Source: Bdellovibrionales bacterium (lineage in GTDB: Bacteria; Bdellovibrionota; Bdellovibrionia; Bdellovibrionales; UBA1609). From it: a DNA stretch of 64,000 bases. Below are positions 9,366-18,459 of the stretch, one piece after another (within the stretch, counting starts at the first letter, position 1; each line of letters starts with the position of its first letter). Position numbers and translations under genes: made by a program. The DNA lies in NCBI GenBank assembly GCA_027317865.1, contig DAHVQG010000015.1, positions 2,028-66,027 on the forward strand, written 5' to 3'. Under the pieces are notes generated by a model, which was given only the letters and a program-made list of their open reading frames with translations, made no database searches and was not told the DNA's origin.

Positions 9366-12101
9366 TCACTTCGTTTTCATCACGAACACGCCGTCCCAGT
9401 CGATGGGAGGCGGCGTCGCGAGAAATTTTTGGCAGCGTTCGACGTAGAGCTTTGCGGCCAAGTCATCGGGGCGGCACTGAACGGCTCGTTCGAACTGTGC
9501 GATGGCAGATTTAAAATTCTTTTCGTGATACAGCTCGTACCCGGCACGAAAATAGTCGGCCATCTTCAGCACGGTTTTTTCAACTTGATTTTCTCCGAGC
9601 AGCTCATAAATTTTCACGGGCTGTATTTTACCTTTAACGCGAACCCAGTCGAGCTCACGACAAAAAAAGTCGTTTTTAACGTCGGCGTAGGTCGATTCGC
9701 TGATGATGATATGAGTACCGTATGTTTTATTAATCCCTTCAAGGCGCGATGCTAAATTGACGGCGTCACCCATGACGGTGTAATTGCGCACCGTTTGAGA
9801 CCCCATGTTGCCGACGTTACAATCGCCCGTGTTGAGGCCGATGCCGATGTTGATCTCAGTCCGTCCCTTTTTTCGAAATCCGTCGTTTAATTTAGCTAAA
9901 CACTCAAGACTCTGGAGGGCGCACCGGCACGCGCAATGACCGTGATCGGCATAGTGAATTGGGGCGCCGAAGAAGGCCATAATGGCGTCGCCCATGTATT
10001 TATCGAGCGTCCCCTTATTTTTAAATACGATCTCAGTCATGGGAGTGAGGTAGCTGTTCAGCAATTCGCTGAGTGCGAGGGGGTCGAGTTTTTCAGAGAG
10101 TGTTGTAAAACCGCGCACATCCGAGAAAAAAACGGTAATGCGTTCTTTTCGACCGCCAAGTTCGAGATTTTTCGGGTCTTTCAAAACCTCGTTCACAATA
10201 GCCGGCGAAACATATTTAGAAAAAGTCCCTCGCAGCTCCCGTTTAGCGCGCTCCTCGGTGAAGTATTTGTAAAACGTTAAGACCAAATACATCATAAGAA
10301 CTTCGATAATTGGAAGTTCAATTGAAACCACAAGACCCTGGCCAAATAAAAATTGCTTGTCGATAAATAAGAGGCTTGCAAGAATCGCCCCCGTGATAAC
10401 GATCCCGGTTAGTGCACCGAACTGAGCCAAAACTCCGGCAAGGCAAACTCCGAGAATTAAAAGAAACCAAGGCATGTAGAGATGCTCACGCGCGTCGTGA
10501 CGAAGAAAATCATGTTGAAGTAAATTCCCCAAAATGTTGGCGTGTATTTCAACGCCGGGGTAATCGCCGCCAAAAGGCGTGTCACGTATGTCGTTGATGC
10601 CGATTGCGGTCGCGCCTAAAAATAAAATTTTGTTTTTAAAAAAACTGGCCTTCGAAACCTGCCGCGTTTCGAGCACGTACTTACCGCGCTTGAGAATTCG
10701 TTGTGTGACCGTGACATTCGGATTCGAGTTGTCGAGCATATCCGCAATCGAGGCGTAGGGGTACATATGATCAGGGCCGGCGTAGTTAATCATCATGGCC
10801 CCGCTTGGGTTTACCGGGATGTCAAACAAAGTGTTACCGTTGTGGTCGGTAATGGCGAAATGCTTTACCCCAACGACGCCGGATAAATCGGGCAAATTGC
10901 CAATTTGAATTTCAGTTTGGCGATCGGTGGCAGTGAGGTAGGTTTGCAGCGCCAGAGACGGCATATAACGGCTGCCCGTACGGGCGATCAAATACGTGTT
11001 TCGAATTATACCGTCACTGTCGAGATCGGCGTTAAAAAATCCGGTATTTTCACCGCGCGATTGGATTTCAGGAATATTCATTTTCCATGTTTTTGCGTTC
11101 AATACAAAATTGGCCGGTGCGCTTGACTGAAAATCGGCGCGCCAATCTTCGAATGTCCGGGCCGTCAAACCGGCAACTTGGCTCTTCAACTGTGCCCAAT
11201 TCTGTTTAAGAATCTTCGCGACGGGGTCGCGCTGTGGAATCAAAAAATCCGAATCGCAAAAATTCAACTCGGCGTTAAGGACTTTTTTATTCAATACATA
11301 CTGTTCGGCCGCAGTTTTCGGTATCGGGTAGCGGTTGCGAACGGACGCGGCGATCTGCGCGAGCTGATATTCGTAAAGTTTTGTAAACTGTTGCGGAAAA
11401 TCGATTTCATTTTCAGCTATCACAACAAGCGGTTTGCTTTGTTCTGAAATCGCGTTAGATAACGGGGAGTGGTGGTAAATGGCGTCGTAACAGGGGTCAA
11501 TATATCCAGGGTGATCGGCGCCTACGCCATGCTTGAAAAATCCACCTAAAATAAATTTAGTTTTGTTTTTGCCGACAAAATCAGCGAATTTTTTGTCGCT
11601 GTCGGTTTTGTTCAAAATTTTTTGAATGTCGGCATTAACAACCCCCGGCAGGCGGGTCTCTCGGCGGAGTACTTCCACCAAATGAAGCGCCGGGCGGCGC
11701 GTGGGTTCGCTCCACACGGCGTCCGCGGCAATAATTTTCGCGCCGTAATGGAATGTATTTTGTAGCGCGCGAGCGAGAATTGCGCGTGGCCATGGCCAGC
11801 GTCCTACGATATCAAGAGAACGCCCGTCGATTGCCAAAATCGCAATTTGCGGGTCAACGGGTTTTGGGCCGCGCAATCGAAACCGTGCGTCAATGAAATT
11901 TTGATCAATGGCCTGTAGCGCTTGCATGAACAATGAACGAGACGGTTGCAGCCGGCCGTCATAGTAAGATTTCGCAATCAACGCCGAAATTATTGCGAGA
12001 TATATTCCGACCGCTAAAGGCGAGACGAGTTTGTGCAACAAGCCCTTAAATTCAAAACGGGCTTTATTACTGTTATTCTCGTTGCTTAACTTAGAGCTCA
12101 T
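9366..12101 (-). CDS. CHASE2-sensor membrane-bound class III adenylate/guanylate cyclase with a TPR-like C-terminal tail
   Basis: 911 aa. An N-terminal TM is followed by a large periplasmic CHASE2-like region (ILAIDGRSLDIVGRWPWPR) and 3 TM helices. The cyclase core reads ITVFFSDVRGFTTLSE...GTLDKYMGDAIMAFFGAP...GLNTGDCNVGNMGS...YTVMGDAVNLASRLE. Confidence 0.8.
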   Translation of the reverse strand: MSSKLSNENNSNKARFEFKGLLHKLVSPLAVGIYLAIISALIAKSYYDGRLQPSRSLFMQALQAIDQNFIDARFRLRGPKPVDPQIAILAIDGRSLDIVGRWPWPRAILARALQNTFHYGAKIIAADAVWSEPTRRPALHLVEVLRRETRLPGVVNADIQKILNKTDSDKKFADFVGKNKTKFILGGFFKHGVGADHPGYIDPCYDAIYHHSPLSNAISEQSKPLVVIAENEIDFPQQFTKLYEYQLAQIAASVRNRYPIPKTAAEQYVLNKKVLNAELNFCDSDFLIPQRDPVAKILKQNWAQLKSQVAGLTARTFEDWRADFQSSAPANFVLNAKTWKMNIPEIQSRGENTGFFNADLDSDGIIRNTYLIARTGSRYMPSLALQTYLTATDRQTEIQIGNLPDLSGVVGVKHFAITDHNGNTLFDIPVNPSGAMMINYAGPDHMYPYASIADMLDNSNPNVTVTQRILKRGKYVLETRQVSKASFFKNKILFLGATAIGINDIRDTPFGGDYPGVEIHANILGNLLQHDFLRHDAREHLYMPWFLLILGVCLAGVLAQFGALTGIVITGAILASLLFIDKQFLFGQGLVVSIELPIIEVLMMYLVLTFYKYFTEERAKRELRGTFSKYVSPAIVNEVLKDPKNLELGGRKERITVFFSDVRGFTTLSEKLDPLALSELLNSYLTPMTEIVFKNKGTLDKYMGDAIMAFFGAPIHYADHGHCACRCALQSLECLAKLNDGFRKKGRTEINIGIGLNTGDCNVGNMGSQTVRNYTVMGDAVNLASRLEGINKTYGTHIIISESTYADVKNDFFCRELDWVRVKGKIQPVKIYELLGENQVEKTVLKMADYFRAGYELYHEKNFKSAIAQFERAVQCRPDDLAAKLYVERCQKFLATPPPIDWDGVFVMKTK

Positions 12102-12227
12102 CGTGCCGCTGAAACTCCGGTGGAATCTGGACTTAAAATTTTACCCGAATGTCTGTTAGCATGATAGTGTGATCACGCAGATATGGACAGGCGGTTCACG
12201 CCTCGACCATTGTCAGGGGGATTCGAC

Positions 12228-12617
12228 ATGGATGCGAAAGTCGAAAATCGGGATGGAATTTTTGTTGTGAGCCTTATCGGGCAAATGGATTTCGAAAGTG
12301 CGGATACGCTCAAGTCTCAGTGCCTAGAGAAGTTCGCCGAGAAAAAAATCATTTTCAATTTGCAGGATCTTAGTTTTGTCGGTTCAAGCGGTATTACTCC
12401 GTTTCTCGAACTCCTTACGACACTTTCGAAGAAAAACGGGCAAAGTTTTAAAATTTGCGCGGTAAGGGCCGAATTCATGCGTTTATTCGAATCAAGCCCC
12501 GTCGACGGGATCGAAATTTATCGGGATGTGAAAGACGCCGAGCGCGCCTTTTCTCACAGCGAAGCCCAGGCTCTGGCCAGAATCAAACCTTTCGGCCTCA
12601 AACTGACGATCGACTAA
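12228..12617 (+). CDS. STAS-domain protein (anti-sigma-factor-antagonist-like)
   Basis: From ATG 12228, with GGGGGA 7 nt upstream. MDAKVENRDGIFVVSLIGQMDFESADTLK...IIFNLQDLSFVGSSGITPFLELL is a SpoIIAA/STAS-like fold pattern. Confidence 0.7.
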   Translation: MDAKVENRDGIFVVSLIGQMDFESADTLKSQCLEKFAEKKIIFNLQDLSFVGSSGITPFLELLTTLSKKNGQSFKICAVRAEFMRLFESSPVDGIEIYRDVKDAERAFSHSEAQALARIKPFGLKLTID

Positions 12618-13797
12618 GCTTTTCGTTGAGTTCGCGAATCTCGATTCGCTGCTTGTTGCATGCCACACTCAATTCTTGATTGAGCCGTTGCAGTGAGGCC
12701 TTTTGCTCAGTCAAGTTCTCGACTTTCGCCTGCTTTTCGCTCCAGAGGGCTTGTAAGCTTTCGACTTGTTCATTAAGGGCTTCTTGCGTCTCTCGCAGAT
12801 GATCATTTTGCTTTTTATAGTCTTCAATTTGCGAAATCTTCTCTTGGAGTTCGACGGCAAGCTGTTTGCTTTCGCTGCGGTATTTGCCGAGTAACGCCTG
12901 TGTTTCGTGAAGTTCAGTTTCAAATTGTTCCCGTGACTCTTGTTCGCGGCGATTCGCGACCACCAATTCATTTTCGAGACGGTAACGGTCGGTTTGAAGC
13001 CGGTCAAATTCCTTCAGCCGCTCGCCGAGTACACGATTTTGCTCCATCAGCATTTCGTTCTCGCCGTTAAGGTCTTTAATCTTGGCCTCAAATGACTCGG
13101 TCAGATCGCGAATTTCACGTTTGTGATTTTGCCCTTGCTCGGTGATGTACTCGGTCGTTTCATTCAAATTTTGCCGTAACCCGGCGACAAGCGCTTCTTG
13201 TTGCGTCAAGCGACTTTTCAAAGCGTCGAATTCTCGACGAAATTTAGGGAGAGTTATTTTAATATTTTGCCGGTATTTACGAAAACGATTCACAATTTTT
13301 TCGTAACTTGTGAGTTCGTCGTCGAACTTTTGTTTAGCCGAACGATTGGTTTGAAACAGTTCGGCGTAACGGACTTCGAGAACCCGAATTTGCTCTTTGA
13401 GTTCGGCAATCTCTTGATCGCGGCGCGCGCGTTCGTTGGCAACCCCCGCGTTTTTGTGCGTCAAACGTTTGGTTTGCTCTTTGAGAATTAAAATTTGATC
13501 CTTTAAATTTTCGTGACGGTCTTTGTAAGTTTGGGATTCGGCCGTGCTCTCTTTTACCTTTTCTTCAAGAAATGAAATCCGGCGCAGCGATACGGTTAGC
13601 CGCGCCATAAGATCTTCATTTTGCTGAATCACGGCTTCCATCGCGCTTGATTGCAAAATGGATTCCGGCAGATCCGCTAGATCGATGGGATCTGGTAATT
13701 GGTCGGGAGTGTTCGGTAATGATACAGGACCTCGACCGTTTATTTCGGCCTCAGTAAAATTTAAGTCTAGTGAGGTTTCAAACGTTCCTTGCGCCAT
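12598..13797 (-). CDS. Hypothetical coiled-coil protein (399 aa)
   Basis: GGAAGGAG Shine-Dalgarno. A short acidic, Pro-containing N-terminus is followed by about 330 aa of uninterrupted heptad-like E/K/Q/L/R sequence. No TM or signal peptide. Confidence 0.6.
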   Translation of the reverse strand: MAQGTFETSLDLNFTEAEINGRGPVSLPNTPDQLPDPIDLADLPESILQSSAMEAVIQQNEDLMARLTVSLRRISFLEEKVKESTAESQTYKDRHENLKDQILILKEQTKRLTHKNAGVANERARRDQEIAELKEQIRVLEVRYAELFQTNRSAKQKFDDELTSYEKIVNRFRKYRQNIKITLPKFRREFDALKSRLTQQEALVAGLRQNLNETTEYITEQGQNHKREIRDLTESFEAKIKDLNGENEMLMEQNRVLGERLKEFDRLQTDRYRLENELVVANRREQESREQFETELHETQALLGKYRSESKQLAVELQEKISQIEDYKKQNDHLRETQEALNEQVESLQALWSEKQAKVENLTEQKASLQRLNQELSVACNKQRIEIRELNEKLSRSSV

Positions 13798-13931
13798 CGG
13801 GCGGCTCCTTCCGCACGTAAACTGATTTCTAATAAAATTGTCTCAAATTCGTACAATTCTTGTCAAAAAATGGTGGATGAAATTGTGCGTTACGCTCAAA
13901 TCGCGACCTAAGTCTGCCGAATAGAAAAAAT

Positions 13932-14510
13932 ATGGATGCAAAAAAGATCGATTTTCGCGCACTCGAAGAGCAACGAACCCAGGCGCTAAGAAAGGAACTG
14001 CAGACGCGATTGCGCTCGCGCCAGGCGGGCAAGGATTCAACTTTGCGCCGCGAAGTCCTCAGTCGAGTCGTTGATGCGCGTTATGAAGAAGCCGATCTTG
14101 TTCTTGACGAATTCGTTTCGTTAAAACGCATGTACGCGGCCTTTATCAACCGGGGGACGCCGCATGTTCAACACGCAAAAGACCTTATCAATGCGATTCG
14201 ACTTAAGCGCGACTTCCCCAACTTGAGTCAATTGCCCATGACCAAACAACAAGAAATTTTAGATCATGCCGTTAGCCACTTCGAAGAATTGAAAATGACG
14301 CTCAAAATGATCGAACATATCAGCCGTGAAGAAATCGTTCGGGATTTGCGTTCTACGGTTTGGGTTATACGCTGCATGGTCTATTCGCTTGCGGCCATCG
14401 TTGCCGTGGCGTTTCTGTTGGATTTCAACCACGGCCTTCGAGAAATCTGCTGGCGCATGTTTAATGATTACACCAACAAACTATTCGAGCTTCTTAGCCG
14501 GCATCTTTAA
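13932..14510 (+). CDS. Hypothetical protein with one C-terminal TM helix
   Basis: 192 aa. Charged helical N-terminal part and a hydrophobic segment VWVIRCMVYSLAAIVAVAFLL. I recognise no family. Confidence 0.5.
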   Translation: MDAKKIDFRALEEQRTQALRKELQTRLRSRQAGKDSTLRREVLSRVVDARYEEADLVLDEFVSLKRMYAAFINRGTPHVQHAKDLINAIRLKRDFPNLSQLPMTKQQEILDHAVSHFEELKMTLKMIEHISREEIVRDLRSTVWVIRCMVYSLAAIVAVAFLLDFNHGLREICWRMFNDYTNKLFELLSRHL

Positions 14511-14539
14511 ACTCTTGTAAGACGGCTTTTTTGAATCCG

Positions 14540-15013
14540 TTACTTATCTAACAGACTTCTCAGCATCCACGCGGTTTTTTCGTGAACTTGCATTCGTTGA
14601 GTGAGTAAATCAGCCGTAGGCTCATCGTGGACTTCATCGACAAGTGGGAATACTTCGCGGGCGGTCCTAACCACCGCTTCTTGGCCGTCAATAAGTGTCG
14701 CAATCATTGACTCGGCGTTAGGAACTCCACGAATTTCTTTTATCGAGGATAATTCAGAAAATTCCGCGTAGGTACCGGGTGCCGGGAACCCTAATGCGCG
14801 AATTCGCTCGGCTATAAGGTCAACGGCAAGCGCCAATTCCATGTATTGTTGTTCAAACATAAGGTGCAGTGTTTGAAACATTGGGCCTTTGACATTCCAG
14901 TGAAAGTTATGCGTTTGGAGGTATAACGTGTAGGTATCAGCTAAAAGTTTCGACAAACCGGAGACGATATTTTTTCGATCGCGCTCACCAATCCCAACAT
15001 TGATTTCTTTCAT
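14540..15013 (-). CDS. dps: Dps (DNA starvation/stationary-phase protection, ferritin-like) protein
   Basis: [34 protein letters not shown] and ...[15 protein letters not shown] Shine-Dalgarno. Confidence 0.9.
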   Translation of the reverse strand: MKEINVGIGERDRKNIVSGLSKLLADTYTLYLQTHNFHWNVKGPMFQTLHLMFEQQYMELALAVDLIAERIRALGFPAPGTYAEFSELSSIKEIRGVPNAESMIATLIDGQEAVVRTAREVFPLVDEVHDEPTADLLTQRMQVHEKTAWMLRSLLDK

Positions 15014-15072
15014 TGTGGTGACCTCCCTTTAGTGGCAATAGCACAATATTTAGCATGATTTGAATAGGTGAG

Positions 15073-16260
15073 CTAGTGCTTCGCCTTTTCAAGGGCAGAA
15101 TGAACGGCGTCTAAAACCGGAATTAAGCTGCCACGGGTGAGCATCCTGTCGTTGACAAAAAAGGTTGGGGTGCCTTTGACACCGGCTTGGGCGCCCAATT
15201 GGGCTTGCGCGCGAATCGCCGCATCGGCTGCTGTGCCGGTCACGCAACTTGAAAAATATTGTTCATCGACGTTGTGGGCTTTTAAGAAATCCGTAATTTG
15301 TCCTTGCGCGTAGGACATGGTTCCAACCGTATCGATTAAAATCTGGTGATTGTAAATGTAATGGTGAAGCGCCCACCCAAGGTTGTTTAATTTTTGAGCG
15401 CAATAGACTGCTCGCGCAAGATAGCAGGAGATCCCGTCGCCACTCGGCACAGCTTCGTTGCAGGTATTGTCTAGGGGGAAGGCATAGAATTTCAACTGCA
15501 CATCGGGATGCGAAGCGATGAAAGCATCGACCGCACCGACGGCGTGGCGGCAATGCGGGCAGCGAAAATCCGCAAACTCGGCCAAAGTCATAATCGGCTT
15601 CTTGCTGCCTTTGGTGAGTAGCGGCGGAGTGTTCATTACAACTTTTGGCGACGAACGCCAATCAAGTACGGTATCGTGAACAACCGCCGGCAGTTCGGTC
15701 GCGCCGTAGTGATTAAAAAACGAATAGTTTAACAAAAAACCGGCGATGGGCAGCGCCACGATTAACGCCAAATAATTTCGTGCCGGCCCGAACAGTTCCA
15801 AAATATAAGTTCCAAACGGCCGCGTGTCGGGCTCTTGACTCGCCCAGATCAGCCCAAAGACGATAAAAGATATCAAATATTCGGACATGCAGAAAATGCA
15901 TTCACTTCGAATGTAAAACGTCGCGATGGAGCCCATTACGATTGATGTCAAAGCGATGAAACCTGAAAGCCATAATGAATATCGGCCGAGCCTCGGGAGA
16001 TCATCGGACCACTTCAAATTCCAAATGAGTAGGAGTAGGGCGAGAATTCCATTTGTGACCGCGCCCCAAAGGGCCATCGGGACGCCCAAAAGTGCAGCAA
16101 ATGAACTTGCCGTCACAGTGTCACAGTTGAACCGCGCGTTGATATTGCAAATGCTCGCCCCTTCAAGGAGGCCAAAATTGAGCTGATAATAGTGAAGCGT
16201 AAGATAAGAGTGAATGCCGACGGCGATTAACGAAAATAAAAATGCAAGGCGGAGTTTCAT
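15073..16260 (-). CDS. Vitamin K epoxide reductase (VKOR)-DsbA/thioredoxin-fold fusion protein
   Basis: Polytopic N-terminal half with a Cys pair in CNINARFNCDTV and CIFC in a TM helix, which is the VKOR pattern. The C-terminal half has FRCPHC (a CxxC motif as in DsbA). ATG 16260 (MKLRLAFLF...) has an AGAGG Shine-Dalgarno and is preferred to the TTG at 16281. Confidence 0.75.
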   Translation of the reverse strand: MKLRLAFLFSLIAVGIHSYLTLHYYQLNFGLLEGASICNINARFNCDTVTASSFAALLGVPMALWGAVTNGILALLLLIWNLKWSDDLPRLGRYSLWLSGFIALTSIVMGSIATFYIRSECIFCMSEYLISFIVFGLIWASQEPDTRPFGTYILELFGPARNYLALIVALPIAGFLLNYSFFNHYGATELPAVVHDTVLDWRSSPKVVMNTPPLLTKGSKKPIMTLAEFADFRCPHCRHAVGAVDAFIASHPDVQLKFYAFPLDNTCNEAVPSGDGISCYLARAVYCAQKLNNLGWALHHYIYNHQILIDTVGTMSYAQGQITDFLKAHNVDEQYFSSCVTGTAADAAIRAQAQLGAQAGVKGTPTFFVNDRMLTRGSLIPVLDAVHSALEKAKH

Positions 16261-16322
16261 GTATGACCTCTGTAGACTCAAATATTAAAAAGGCATAGGC
16301 TTTTTAAGTCAAGGGAGGGGGT

Positions 16323-18011
16323 TTGTCCGTCTGGTATTTCTTAGAAAAGGGTCGCCCCCGGGGGCCCGTTAACGCTGAATTCATTTTGGCTGAAATCCGC
16401 GCGTGTCGTTTACAGCGGCAGGATTTGCTTTATCGCGAACGCGATACGCAGTGGCGTGAAGTGCAATTTTTTGCCGAGTTCCAGCCACATCTGGAGCAGC
16501 AAAAAAAAGTCGATCAAAAAAGCCCGGCGGCAAAAAAAGAAGATCGATGGGTTTTGCTGACAAGAAATACAGATGGCGGCGGATACCGGCAAAATGGTCC
16601 GTTCACAACCGCTGAAATTATTCGCCAGCTCAAAAACGGCAAAATTACGATAACCGACTATGTTTGGCGTGAAGGTCTCAAAGAATGGTACAAAATCTTA
16701 GCTGTACCTGAAATTAAAGAACAACTTTTCGATCCCGATCAGCAGACGCAGACCGCAGTGCCCGTTCCGGTGCCGATTCCGACGGCTATGCCCATACCGG
16801 CCGTAATGCCGCCCGAGGATGATCCCGTTGAAGTTGAACCGCATGAGCAAGGGGACGCACCGCCGCCAGACCCTCGCATTGCGAAAAACGAAGACGCAAA
16901 ATCAGAAAAGGTAAAATCAGAAACAGTAAAATCAGAAATTACGAAACCTGAGGTCACGAAAAAAGTCAGGAGAGGCCGAGAAAGCCAAAACCGCGTGCGT
17001 GTCGAAGGGCGACGAATGGGCGCCATGACTTATTTTATGGATTTGCCACCTGTTAAACGAACGATTTTTGGCGGCATTTTGCTGGTGACTGTGGGGTGCT
17101 TGGTCATAACGGTTTTTTGGGTTTCGTCTTATCTCGATCGTCGTAATGTAGCTTTAAAAAAACCGGCTGTTGCACAACTGCCACCCGAAAAGATTCCTGC
17201 TCCGGTGGTGCGAAAGCCGGCGCCCGTTATAGCCAAAGCGAAACCAATCTTAATTCAAAAAATTAAAAAGCCGCCGGTCATCGTTTTGCATCCGCCGACC
17301 TATTTGCGCGTTGAAACACTCAACAATGGCCGAACAAATCCCATATTTCGGATTCTTACCGATGCCAGTTCGCAATTTGCAATGCAAGTGCACTTGGCCG
17401 CTGAAGGCGGATATGTATTAAATCATTTTAGTTATTTCTTTAACCGTACGGTTCACCTTGAAAAAGACGACGAGATACATCTAGGGCGTTGGCACCTGCC
17501 GTGGGGTATATATAGTTATAAGATCAAGTGCCAGAAACAGTCGGCCGCTGGGATTTTACGAGTCGGTACATTCCAAAAGTCGTGGCCGCAAAAGATTCGA
17601 CAGCAACGAAAAGACGAAATTTTCGAACACAATTATGAGCGCATAGGATATATTCGAACAGCGAATTTGTTGGCAAACGTGACGAAAAAACTTGTCGATG
17701 CCGCACGGTTGCGGCTGACAGTCACCTCATGGCGGACATTTTATTTGGGCTGGCGCGAGGAGTTTTGGCGGATTCAAAATCCGATTATGAGCCGCATCAA
17801 CTATCGCAATCGTGAAAGTTATCTGCACCCGACGCAGTGGATGGCGCTCCACAACTTGCGTGACGACATCGACAGAACAAGCCAGAGGTTAAATTTGGCG
17901 GAGTTGCGACATTACCGGGACGCTATGGAGCTCGACCGCGAGCTTCAGGAACAAGCACAAAAAGCCGAAAACCTCAAAATACAAATGATTCGAACGTCGA
18001 TTATGCGCTGA
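16323..18011 (+). CDS. Membrane protein with two N-terminal GYF_2-like domains, Pro-rich/KSExV repeat linker, one TM and an unknown C-terminal domain
   Basis: WYFLEKGRPRGPVNAEFILAEI...WREV and YRQNGPFTTAEIIRQLKNGKITITDYVWREGLKEWYKI resemble GYF_2 (DUF4339) modules. The TM helix is IFGGILLVTVGCLVITVFWV. Confidence 0.6.
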   Translation: MSVWYFLEKGRPRGPVNAEFILAEIRACRLQRQDLLYRERDTQWREVQFFAEFQPHLEQQKKVDQKSPAAKKEDRWVLLTRNTDGGGYRQNGPFTTAEIIRQLKNGKITITDYVWREGLKEWYKILAVPEIKEQLFDPDQQTQTAVPVPVPIPTAMPIPAVMPPEDDPVEVEPHEQGDAPPPDPRIAKNEDAKSEKVKSETVKSEITKPEVTKKVRRGRESQNRVRVEGRRMGAMTYFMDLPPVKRTIFGGILLVTVGCLVITVFWVSSYLDRRNVALKKPAVAQLPPEKIPAPVVRKPAPVIAKAKPILIQKIKKPPVIVLHPPTYLRVETLNNGRTNPIFRILTDASSQFAMQVHLAAEGGYVLNHFSYFFNRTVHLEKDDEIHLGRWHLPWGIYSYKIKCQKQSAAGILRVGTFQKSWPQKIRQQRKDEIFEHNYERIGYIRTANLLANVTKKLVDAARLRLTVTSWRTFYLGWREEFWRIQNPIMSRINYRNRESYLHPTQWMALHNLRDDIDRTSQRLNLAELRHYRDAMELDRELQEQAQKAENLKIQMIRTSIMR

Positions 18012-18047
18012 AGGCGGGGCAATCGGCTCAACAGCGCTCGTAATATC

Positions 18048-18341
18048 CTATTGAGCCGTTTCGCTCGTCGGTTCAACCAACGATTTAAATTCTTTGCCCG
18101 GGCGAAATCGCGGGACACGTGAGGCGGGTATAACAATGGTCATTCCAGTTTTAGGATTACGTCCATTGCGCTGTTTGCGCGAAGCCCGGTCGAACGTACC
18201 AAAACCAACTATTTTAACTTCTTCGCCAGATGAAACGGCTCTTTGAATGGCATCAATAGTGGCGTCAAGAATTGTTTCGGTTTGGCTTTTCGTTAATTTG
18301 GCTTTTTTAGCGACTCGTTCGATCAGTTCGGCTTTGTTCAA
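18048..18341 (-). CDS. hup: Nucleoid protein HU/IHF family
   Basis: MNKAELIERVAKKAKLTKSQTETILDATIDAIQRAV..GEEVKIVGFGTF..RKQRNGRNPKTG..IVIPASRVPRFRPGKEFK. TTG start. Confidence 0.9.
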   Translation of the reverse strand: MNKAELIERVAKKAKLTKSQTETILDATIDAIQRAVSSGEEVKIVGFGTFDRASRKQRNGRNPKTGMTIVIPASRVPRFRPGKEFKSLVEPTSETAQ

Positions 18342-18459
18342 GGGGTGTTCCTTTGTTGAATGTTAGTCAGTTCGGGGATTCGTAAGCTAATTGAATCTGC
18401 GCCTTGCAGTCAAGAGCCTCGAGGTTGAAAAGAAAAAAAAAATCTGTAGACTCCGGTTT

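Noticed and set aside
18433-18442. A10 homopolymer 18 nt upstream of the argS start as a phase-variation tract
   Set aside because: It lies in the 5' leader/promoter of an essential single-copy gene, within the divergent HU-argS region. There is no supporting evidence, and it is more likely just AT-rich promoter sequence.
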